From: an uncultured Gammaproteobacteria bacterium
GTDB taxonomy: Bacteria > Patescibacteriota > Microgenomatia > UBA10105 > UBA927
Assembly (NCBI GenBank): GCA_964349125.1
Contig: CAYGFH010000001.1
Coordinates: 562,107-626,106 of the forward strand
DNA: 64,000 nucleotides
Reading direction: 5' to 3'
Below the pieces are notes generated by a model, which saw only the letters and a list, made by a program, of their open reading frames with translations, ran no database searches and was not told the DNA's origin. Shown piece by piece: positions 50,422 through 58,445 of this stretch (its first letter is position 1; each line of letters begins with the position of its first letter). Position numbers and translations under genes: made by a program.

Positions 50422-50462
50422 TGTCATTGCGAGTCCCGATGCACTTCGGGACGCGGCAATCT
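50422..50462 (+). repeat. REP/MITE-like intergenic element, copy C, with perfect inner hairpin GTCCCG-ATGCACTT-CGGGAC
   Basis: TGTCATTGCGA [hairpin] GCGGCAATCT, followed by AACCATGAAC and a heptamer tract. Confidence 0.6.
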
Positions 50463-50498
50463 ACTCACTGACTACGAACCACCAACCATGAACTAACA

Positions 50499-50540
50499 CG
50501 CTTTGCGGTTAACGATTAACGATTAACGATTTGCGATTAC
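50499..50540. repeat. Heptanucleotide tandem tract (CGCTTTG CGGTTAA CGATTAA CGATTAA CGATTTG CGATTAC)
   Basis: Six 7-nt units. It overlaps the stop codon of the DUF2207 gene. Confidence 0.6.
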
Positions 50541-52417
50541 CACTTTCCACCTCCCCCTCCTCCGCCTCCCCCTCCGGAGTAACCACCCCTGCGTCCACCG
50601 GATGAATGAGATGAAAATCCACTGGAAAATCCTCTAGTCGAAGACGTGCGAGTCGGTGTGTAATACGTATTTGAGTTCGACGGGCTATGTGTAAAAGTTT
50701 TAGAGACAGCGTGATGAAACCGAGTGAACACAAAGCCTTGCGTCTGATCATAAGAGGTATACCAACTTGGAACCTTTAACTCCAGCTCTTTAAAACGCGC
50801 TAACCAAATTTTTTCCACTCCAAACGCTATAGCATATGGCAGTAATTTTTCAAACATAAACTGCTTTTCAGACATAAACTCAAATTGCCTATCCTGGCTT
50901 TTCAAAAATTGCTTCAGCGCGATAATCATATTCTTTGTTACCACTCCATATTCAGTTTTTTTTGGCTTCGCATTTTGAATCGTAAGTATGACCACCAATA
51001 GAGGGATATTCACTGTAAGGAATGCCAAAAATGATAAGAATGATTTTGAACTTCGCGATGCATCTATGGGCTTTTCATATATCTTTTCATCTATGCACAT
51101 AGCATGGATCATGTCGTATATGTTCTCTAATTTGTCTGCTATTTCAAGTTCATCAACGTTAACCATCTTAAAATTTATCGTAGAAATTGCTTTATCCAAA
51201 TGATCCAAGTTAAGCTCTGATGATTTTCCGTCAAACACAGTTTTACCATTAATTTCTATCGTTGTATTGCTTTGTGAATCTTCAGTATTTATATACGAAG
51301 GGGTGAATATTACGTTCAATAATTTTTCTTCAAACGGCAGAAGACCTGGATCTTTCATGTTGGTATTCTCTCTGTTGAGTTTTTCAAAATAAAATTCACC
51401 TTTTTTCTTTTCAAAAATTTTTAGATATCCCCTGCGGGCTAAATCGACGATGGTCGCCGTTATTTCCGGCATGCCTGCACTACCATTCAGTATTGTTCCG
51501 CATACTGCGGGTGGATATTCACGTTTTGAGAGTGCTGATTTTGGCACCGAGAATGAAGCACTTGCAATACCCATCGGTACTTTCGGATCTTTACCAAACA
51601 ATTTCCATTTGATGACATACAAAAACGGAAAAACTATAAACCAAAAAACGATCAACACCTGGATCCACTCAGGAATTTGAAGCATTTCTGCACTGCTATC
51701 ACTCAAGGATGCGCGAGGGGTGGCGACTGAAATCGGCATCGGATCTACAACCGAAACTATCTGCTTTGGGAAGCCGGCAAGGATGGTGAATCCTTCTTTC
51801 GGGTTCAAAGTGCGACGAAGTGAAAATTTGTATACACCGGCATAATAACTACTTACACACGCAGCTTCGTTTGATCCTAATATTCCCGTGAAACAATCAA
51901 ACTTCACGTTTTGAGCAGGAATTTTTTCAGGCAATATCACATTGACCACAGAAGAGGTTATGCCATCTTCCCAAGCGTTACCGGTTACGTTCCAATAAAA
52001 TTCGTCATGATCAGAAAAATACGTGATACCCCCTTTTAATTGATAAGAAATTTTGAAGAACTGAGGACCTTTGAGAAATATATTCGGATCACCGATTTTT
52101 ATGCTTATGACACCGGAGGTGTTTGATGTTGAGAATCTGTATGGAACTCCTTTATCGTTCACTACTGTAATATCAGTGATACTCAGTTGAAATTTCTGAT
52201 TGTTCGAATTAGTTTTGACTGTCGGAATATCTCGAAGTATGCCATGCACCGGACTACTACCCAAGTCGTAGAAAATTTTTTCGGTAATTTTTGCCGAGCC
52301 GTCTTTGTGTAACACTATATCCGCATTAAATTCTTTGATCTGGCTTGCAAAAACTGTCTGAGGCACGACAATTGCAAAAAGTATTATCGTTAAGAGTCTC
52401 CAAAGAAACATACGCAT
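50537..52417 (-). CDS. DUF2207-family membrane protein with C-terminal Gly-rich tail
   Basis: Signal peptide, large extracellular domain, TM helices and the characteristic ...SGGRRGGYSGGGGGGGGGGKW terminus. Confidence 0.6.
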   Translation of the reverse strand: MRMFLWRLLTIILFAIVVPQTVFASQIKEFNADIVLHKDGSAKITEKIFYDLGSSPVHGILRDIPTVKTNSNNQKFQLSITDITVVNDKGVPYRFSTSNTSGVISIKIGDPNIFLKGPQFFKISYQLKGGITYFSDHDEFYWNVTGNAWEDGITSSVVNVILPEKIPAQNVKFDCFTGILGSNEAACVSSYYAGVYKFSLRRTLNPKEGFTILAGFPKQIVSVVDPMPISVATPRASLSDSSAEMLQIPEWIQVLIVFWFIVFPFLYVIKWKLFGKDPKVPMGIASASFSVPKSALSKREYPPAVCGTILNGSAGMPEITATIVDLARRGYLKIFEKKKGEFYFEKLNRENTNMKDPGLLPFEEKLLNVIFTPSYINTEDSQSNTTIEINGKTVFDGKSSELNLDHLDKAISTINFKMVNVDELEIADKLENIYDMIHAMCIDEKIYEKPIDASRSSKSFLSFLAFLTVNIPLLVVILTIQNAKPKKTEYGVVTKNMIIALKQFLKSQDRQFEFMSEKQFMFEKLLPYAIAFGVEKIWLARFKELELKVPSWYTSYDQTQGFVFTRFHHAVSKTFTHSPSNSNTYYTPTRTSSTRGFSSGFSSHSSGGRRGGYSGGGGGGGGGGKW

Positions 52418-52514
52418 ACTTCAATTATAGTATCGCTGATCACAAACACCAGATCCTATTTCGAGATTGCGTATGACTACTCTAATCAATCACTCGCATT
52501 CCATCTTTTATAAA

Positions 52515-52577
52515 CGATTTACGCTTTACGATTTACGATTTACGATTAACGTGTAACGGATAGCGATTAACGATATT
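52515..52577. repeat. Heptanucleotide tandem tract (nine 7-nt units, CGATTTA type) in the divergent promoter region between the DUF2207 and nuclease genes
   Basis: Seen directly: CGATTTA CGCTTTA CGATTTA CGATTTA CGATTAA CGTGTAA CGGATAG CGATTAA CGATATT. Confidence 0.6.
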
Positions 52578-52600
52578 CGCTATGGTGCTATAGTAATACT

Positions 52601-53272
52601 ATGCCCACGAAAACTCCCAAGAAGTCGAAGAGCAAGATAGCCACTCGCCCACTTCTCATCGGTATTACAGCAGCGGCGCTTGCGCTTCTCACATCGGTCG
52701 CTTCGTTTAATCAACTGCGCGGAGAGAAGGTCATAGAGGTTATAGACGGAGACACGTATCGTATAGAAAACAGACAAATTGTGCGTCTCTACAGTATCGA
52801 TGCCCCTGATGTGGATGTATGCATGGGGCAAGAAGCGAAAGAGAAACTATCCTCTCTCATTCTCGGTAAACGTATCACACTCCAAAACATCCGCTCGGGC
52901 GGATTTAACAGAGTGATGGGGTATGCATACGTGGATGGCAAATCAGTGGAAACAGAGATGATGAAAGGCGGATATGCAGTACTCACTCGGGGTACCAAGG
53001 AACTACCGGAACTACTGGAATCTAGCACATATGCCAGACAGAAAAAACTCGGCGTGTTTAGTGATGCGTGTTATCAGATGGAAAATAAAGTAAATCCCAA
53101 ATGTAACGTAAAGGGTAATATCGGGGAGACAAAGCAGGACAGATATTATTTCACTCCCTCATGTCCCAACTATACACAGACAGTCGTCTGGACCAGTTTC
53201 GGCGACCGGTGGTTCTGCACAGAGAAAGATGCTGTTGAAGCGGGGTTTGTTAAAGGAACAAAGTGTAAATAA
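52601..53272 (+). CDS. Thermonuclease (staphylococcal nuclease, SNase-like) family protein with Cys-rich C-terminal extension
   Basis: Signal anchor, then SNase core motifs (VIDGDTYRI, YVDG) and a C-terminal CxxC-rich region. Confidence 0.65.
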   Translation: MPTKTPKKSKSKIATRPLLIGITAAALALLTSVASFNQLRGEKVIEVIDGDTYRIENRQIVRLYSIDAPDVDVCMGQEAKEKLSSLILGKRITLQNIRSGGFNRVMGYAYVDGKSVETEMMKGGYAVLTRGTKELPELLESSTYARQKKLGVFSDACYQMENKVNPKCNVKGNIGETKQDRYYFTPSCPNYTQTVVWTSFGDRWFCTEKDAVEAGFVKGTKCK

Positions 53273-53433
53273 TTTATTATCTAATTAATATTTAGTATTC
53301 CCCGAGCCTCAACTCACTATACCAGAAAGTGCCTAGGTTTCTATCCTTCAGACTTTCCAAAATCTAGGCTATATGGTGAAATGAGGCAAAGGTGGAACGA
53401 TAAAAAGAAACTACAAAACACTCCTGCGATTTC

Positions 53434-53919
53434 TTATTGAATAAAGAATATACACAGTCCAGCGTAAATTAATCCAAAAACAATAGGAATATAGAGTTCA
53501 ATATGAGAAAAAGGGAAATATTTACTATTATCTTTGCCTTCTCCCAAAATTTTCCACTCATTTTCATAAAGAGCAATTGGAAGCCTTTCCTCTATTTGAT
53601 GTAATACTTTAAACTTCCCGGTATTTAACTGCTTGTAGGAACGAATTAAAAACCAAAAAATTATGCTGATTATTACTCCAATAGCGGAAAGTAAGATATA
53701 TACCCATTTCGATTCCTGGAAAAATTCGATTTGAGTAGATAAGCCAATTATTGAAATTAAAGCTGTATTTATTGTTAAAAAATAGCTGTTTGCACTCTGT
53801 CTTCTATCGCTTGTTTTTTCAATGCTTTCTACATAAAGCTTATATTGGTCAAATAAATGTTCCTTATAACTCTCTCCATAATTCTTTTCTGATTCTGTAA
53901 ATAATTGATTATTTTTCAT
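53434..53919 (-). CDS. Small 3-TM membrane protein, last gene of the hsd-linked operon (candidate effector)
   Basis: 161 aa with three hydrophobic helices. Its start is 2 nt after the stop of the TIR-like gene. Confidence 0.4.
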   Translation of the reverse strand: MKNNQLFTESEKNYGESYKEHLFDQYKLYVESIEKTSDRRQSANSYFLTINTALISIIGLSTQIEFFQESKWVYILLSAIGVIISIIFWFLIRSYKQLNTGKFKVLHQIEERLPIALYENEWKILGEGKDNSKYFPFSHIELYIPIVFGLIYAGLCIFFIQ

Positions 53920-53921
53920 AG

Positions 53922-54299
53922 CTACCTATTGCCTGCAATTAAAGATTTGATATTATCCCAAGTCCATCGATATGTTTTATCTAATCCTACTGGAACAGGA
54001 CAACTCTTATTTGCATACCCGTGAATGCCGAAATGGGGAATACCAGCTTGAATAGCCATCTGAATCTCTTTAAGCACCCCTTCGCACGCATAGGTATATG
54101 GGCCTACCATAACAATAAAAATGTCACATTGAGAAATCTTCTCGTAGACTCTTTGTTCCCAATTTCTTTGAGCAAATGGTTCTTTAACAGACCAATCAGC
54201 GATTTCAAAAGGAGTGTCTGAATTTCTTGCCTGACCTACAATGGAATCTCTTAAAAATTGGTCATTATCAAAGTCAAAACTTATAAATGCTCTTTTCAT
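53922..54299 (-). CDS. TIR-like domain protein (ThsB/DUF1863-like)
   Basis: N-terminus MKRAFISFDFDND resembles the ThsB/DUF1863 KRVFFSFHYxD start. Downstream segments W...CDIFIVMVGPYT...GVLKEI..A...GIPHFGIHG fit the same family. Confidence 0.5.
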   Translation of the reverse strand: MKRAFISFDFDNDQFLRDSIVGQARNSDTPFEIADWSVKEPFAQRNWEQRVYEKISQCDIFIVMVGPYTYACEGVLKEIQMAIQAGIPHFGIHGYANKSCPVPVGLDKTYRWTWDNIKSLIAGNR

Positions 54300-54304
54300 A
54301 TTCT

Positions 54305-55828
54305 CTACTGCATTCTTTTATTAATAATTACTTTCAAATCATCAATTACCTCGTAACACATATCATCATTCAGTTTTTCAGTAGTATTAAAGTATTCTTT
54401 TGGATGAACGAAATTCCTTTTCTCTCTAATCTTGTCTGCTCTCCTAATTAAATCCTCATCAAAAATTTGTGTATGAACTTTTTTCAATTTCCATAGTAAT
54501 TTCCCAAGTGTGAAATCTTCTGTATCGGGTGAAAAATAATCTTTTTTCTCTACTTCACTCATCCAGTCTAAGAGAAAGGCTTCCAAAACTGAACCTGAGA
54601 GTATTAGAAAGGATTTATAGAGCTTTTTATCAATGCATGTGTTCAATTCCTTTAAATCTCCTTGTATAACCTTCTCAATAACATCTTTTTTAAACATCCG
54701 TAGTACTTCTAATTCTTCAATAATAAATTCCCGTTGAATGGGTTTATCGGGAGTGGCATCATCAAACAATTCCTTATTTATGGCTTGAATAACATCAACT
54801 TTATCTTTTAAGAAAAGTGTCTTGAATACACTCTCTGATTTCTGTTGAGTAATCTTATCAGGCAAGATAACTGGTAACTCTAGTAAATCTTTCGACCTTA
54901 TATGAGGAAAAAAAGTGCCTCTTTGAAATAATTGAATATATTTCATCACAGTCTCACTTTGAAGATAAAGAAAAAGATATTCAGGTGTGATTTCTTCCGA
55001 TTTTGGTCTAATTACTACTAAAAAAGTGGATGAAAAGATAGATTCCTTGAAATCGTCAGTAACGAGATAAAATTTCTTGTTTCCTGAAAATGAATCTGAG
55101 AATAAAATATCTCCTTTTTGTAATCTAATTGTAGTCTGTTGTTCTTCTGAAAGGTCTTTAATACTTAATGGATAGACAAAGTCTTTAGTTTTAATAACAT
55201 GCCCTTTGGAGCCTTCGAGCTTACGAGGTCGTAGTATCTCCGCCAATTCTTTTAATGCCTTAGTTTTTTCTTGCTTTAGCTTCATTAATGCCTGTCGAGA
55301 ATCTGGCTCGTAAAAGCTGATTTGAAGATTATCTAAGTCGATTTCTGAATAATTAAGTTTCCAAATGCTACGGCTTTCATCAGTTGCTTGATTGATAGTG
55401 TCGTTATTAATTGTATTTTCTAAACTAGAAATATAATCTTTGTATGACTTCGTAATTTGTTGTTCACCAATTATTCCAGATTTTCTATAGTCGAGCTTAC
55501 CAGTAAATGTCTCCTTTGAAAGATACTTACTGAAATACACATGCTGAGGCTTACCTTTTTGAATAACTAAAAGTATAAACTTAACATTTGTTGCTGGTTT
55601 CCAAATTTCAGCTAAGTCGAAAATTCCATTAATATACCAGTCATTAAATATTCTTTGCCTTGAATTTACTTCTTTAATTGAATGTAAAAGCATCACTGGA
55701 ACAACTAATCCAACTTTCCCACTATCTGTATTCAATTTAGAGGTTATATATTCTGTTTCAGAGTTTTTTAAACCTGATATCGGATAACTTTTTCGTTCCT
55801 CAATTAATTCCTGAATATCAATTTTCAT
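54305..55828 (-). CDS. HsdS-like protein (degenerate TRD / conserved-helix architecture) fused to an uncharacterised ~170-aa C-terminal domain (possible HEPN-like Rx6H)
   Basis: Central segment ...FLVVIRPKSEEITPEYLFLYLQS...LLELPVILPDKITQQK resembles an HsdS TRD plus the conserved LPLPPLEEQ region. The C-terminal REKRNFVHP is suggestive only. It overlaps hsdS by 11 nt. Confidence 0.45.
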   Translation of the reverse strand: MKIDIQELIEERKSYPISGLKNSETEYITSKLNTDSGKVGLVVPVMLLHSIKEVNSRQRIFNDWYINGIFDLAEIWKPATNVKFILLVIQKGKPQHVYFSKYLSKETFTGKLDYRKSGIIGEQQITKSYKDYISSLENTINNDTINQATDESRSIWKLNYSEIDLDNLQISFYEPDSRQALMKLKQEKTKALKELAEILRPRKLEGSKGHVIKTKDFVYPLSIKDLSEEQQTTIRLQKGDILFSDSFSGNKKFYLVTDDFKESIFSSTFLVVIRPKSEEITPEYLFLYLQSETVMKYIQLFQRGTFFPHIRSKDLLELPVILPDKITQQKSESVFKTLFLKDKVDVIQAINKELFDDATPDKPIQREFIIEELEVLRMFKKDVIEKVIQGDLKELNTCIDKKLYKSFLILSGSVLEAFLLDWMSEVEKKDYFSPDTEDFTLGKLLWKLKKVHTQIFDEDLIRRADKIREKRNFVHPKEYFNTTEKLNDDMCYEVIDDLKVIINKRMQ

Positions 55829-56930
55829 AATTATTTTTCTTGAATGTGTTTTGCATCAATGATTGGAATTGATTATCTAATTCTCGAGACTGCTCAAGCA
55901 TTTTTTGCTTAAGTACTTCAGTGTCCTTAGCAATCATTGCAAAGTCATCTTGTAACTCTATAGGTGGAATAATCATTTTAATTTTTTCAAATTCACCCTT
56001 AGTAAGAATTCTTTTCATACCTCTGGTCGCATGGTCTTGAATATATGTTCTAGAATTTCTTAAAAGCCAGTACAAAAATAAAGAGTTTATCTTTTTATTA
56101 GGCTGAATAGCATTAATTTGTTGATTGAATGACACTTTTCTATCAGCAATTGCAACTCGCCCAATAGATGCAATGCTACCAGCAATACAAGCCATTAGAA
56201 CTGCTCCAGACGTAACAAATCTAGCCTTATTTAGGCCGTTCTCCGATAGATATTCGCTAGCATTAGTTATATACAGATTTTCTTCTACAATATTGTCAGT
56301 TTTTATCCATTCAATAAATCTGGATGAATAATTGTCTTTTTCATTGCGAGAAGGAGTATTGCCAGTTATTATTTCTCCAAAGGACTTCAATTCCGACTTC
56401 TCCCAACTTTTCGAGTTAGAAATTGGGTCTCCAAACATTTCTATAAAGACTGACTTTATGTATTCATCTAGTAAGCCTGTTGTCTGCTTCCGCTTTTGTC
56501 GAAGGGCTTCGGCTTTGTCTAGGATATTTACAATATTTCTTTGTTCAGTGATTGAAAGCAAGGGTATTTCGGGGTCAGTTAAATTGTTTAATTTAATATA
56601 TTTAATCACTCCTCCAATAGATAATTGTCTCAATTTTTCTACATATTTAAATAAAAACCAATAAAGGTATTTTGTATCTAAAATCGTCTCATCTAAGCTC
56701 TCAATAATATAAGTTCTTTGATAGGCATCAAACTTTCCTTCATAGTACTTCACATTTAAGTCTCCGTTTCCAGCGACTAGCACACATTTGCAGTCATAAG
56801 TATAGGAGTTGATTTTGTATGTATCTTTAGAGCAAGTAAAAAAAGGGTATGCGCCATCATCAGAGCCCGCATTAGCATCCAGCTTACCTGTTTTAATTTT
56901 TGTTAATCTTCCAAGTTGACTAGTATTCAT
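55818..56930 (-). CDS. hsdS: Type I restriction-modification specificity subunit HsdS
   Basis: Two TRDs separated by a conserved central helix, an HsdS-type N-terminus and a 4-nt gap to hsdM. Confidence 0.8.
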   Translation of the reverse strand: MNTSQLGRLTKIKTGKLDANAGSDDGAYPFFTCSKDTYKINSYTYDCKCVLVAGNGDLNVKYYEGKFDAYQRTYIIESLDETILDTKYLYWFLFKYVEKLRQLSIGGVIKYIKLNNLTDPEIPLLSITEQRNIVNILDKAEALRQKRKQTTGLLDEYIKSVFIEMFGDPISNSKSWEKSELKSFGEIITGNTPSRNEKDNYSSRFIEWIKTDNIVEENLYITNASEYLSENGLNKARFVTSGAVLMACIAGSIASIGRVAIADRKVSFNQQINAIQPNKKINSLFLYWLLRNSRTYIQDHATRGMKRILTKGEFEKIKMIIPPIELQDDFAMIAKDTEVLKQKMLEQSRELDNQFQSLMQNTFKKNNYEN

Positions 56931-56933
56931 ACT

Positions 56934-58445
56934 CTACTTTAGCTTTAAAAGACCATCCATAATTTCTTTTTCCAGTTTTTCAATCTTTTCTAATATTATT
57001 TTTGGCGAGTCATATTTGACCTCCTTATAATCGGCATCCTTGTAACTATTGATGCTTAGGTCGTATTTATTTGCTTCTATTTCTTTTCTAGGTACAAAAA
57101 AGACTTTTTGTTTACGATCAGTATCAGTCTGCTGATTTCTACTTTTCCATTTGCTAATAATGTCTGGAATATCGTTATCTGTAATTCTTGCTCTTTTATC
57201 ATCAAGACTATAGCCATCTGATTGCATATCGTAGAACCAGATACTTTCTGTGCTTCCACCTTTTACAAATATCAAAACTGCGGTGCTCACCCCTGCATAA
57301 GGCTTGAATACTCCTGATGGCATGGAAATTACACCTTGAAGCTCACAATCATCAATCAGCATCTTTCGCAAATTCTTGTGAGCGTTTGAAGAACCAAAGA
57401 GGACACCATCTGGAACAATAACGCCAGCTCGGCCACCAATCTTGAGGGATTTGATGATTCGGTTAATGAAAAGTAGTTCTGTTTTAGTTGTCGGAAGAGA
57501 TAGTGACTCATTGATATCACCCTTATCAATACTTCCTTTGAATGGAGGATTGGCCATGATGACATCGAAATAGTTGTCTTCATCATATTTTTTGGACAAC
57601 GTATCTTTTTGTTCTATGTTTGGAATTGAAATACCATGCATCATTAAGTTCATGAGGCCAATACGAACCATACTGTCGTCCATGTCATAGCCGTAGAATG
57701 TTTTTTCTTTAAGTTGTTTCCATTGGCGTTCATCAGTGAGTTTGTCGCCTAATAGTCCGCGGGTAAGGTCATTTTCATCAGTGGTTTGGTGCTCCTTACT
57801 GGTGTGAGCAGTCAAGATATGCTGATAAGCACCTAAGAGGAAACCACCAGTCCCGCAGGCGGGATCACAGATTGTGTCACCAAGCTTTGGGTCGACAAGT
57901 TCGCAGATGAGCTGGATGATATGTCTTGGGGTTCTAAATTGACCTAATTTACCGGCACTCGTTATTTCTGCAAGCAAATGTTCGTACACATCACCCTGAG
58001 TATCCTGAAATCCTTGTCCTTTTTGTTCTTGTTGAGAAATTTCTTCATAAATTTCATCGATGATGTTGATAGACTCCACAACTAACGAAGGTTTGGAGAT
58101 AATGAACACTGCATTTCCCATGTGTTTCGAGTAGGCGCTATTTTCGGAGTTTAGATTTTTAAGGAAAGGAAATACTTTTGTTTGAATGTGGGTCAGCATC
58201 TCACCACCTTCCAAGTGCCGGAAGTGACTCCAACGCATGTTTTCATTTTCACCTGCAAAAATTGACTTGTAGGATTCACCAGTAAATTCAGAGTCATGCA
58301 TCTTCTTTAAATCCATTTGATCAAGCCGTTTCATGAATAGTAGATATGAAATCTGTTCTATGGCGGTGAGTGGATTAGAAATTCCACCACTCCAAAATTT
58401 ATCCCATAGCCGATCGATTGATGATTTGATAGTAGTGTTAAGCAT
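56934..58445 (-). CDS. hsdM: Type I restriction-modification N6-adenine DNA methyltransferase HsdM
   Basis: HsdM N-terminal domain with the catalytic motif IV NPPF (IMANPPFKG) and motif I DPACGTGGFL. Confidence 0.9.
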   Translation of the reverse strand: MLNTTIKSSIDRLWDKFWSGGISNPLTAIEQISYLLFMKRLDQMDLKKMHDSEFTGESYKSIFAGENENMRWSHFRHLEGGEMLTHIQTKVFPFLKNLNSENSAYSKHMGNAVFIISKPSLVVESINIIDEIYEEISQQEQKGQGFQDTQGDVYEHLLAEITSAGKLGQFRTPRHIIQLICELVDPKLGDTICDPACGTGGFLLGAYQHILTAHTSKEHQTTDENDLTRGLLGDKLTDERQWKQLKEKTFYGYDMDDSMVRIGLMNLMMHGISIPNIEQKDTLSKKYDEDNYFDVIMANPPFKGSIDKGDINESLSLPTTKTELLFINRIIKSLKIGGRAGVIVPDGVLFGSSNAHKNLRKMLIDDCELQGVISMPSGVFKPYAGVSTAVLIFVKGGSTESIWFYDMQSDGYSLDDKRARITDNDIPDIISKWKSRNQQTDTDRKQKVFFVPRKEIEANKYDLSINSYKDADYKEVKYDSPKIILEKIEKLEKEIMDGLLKLK

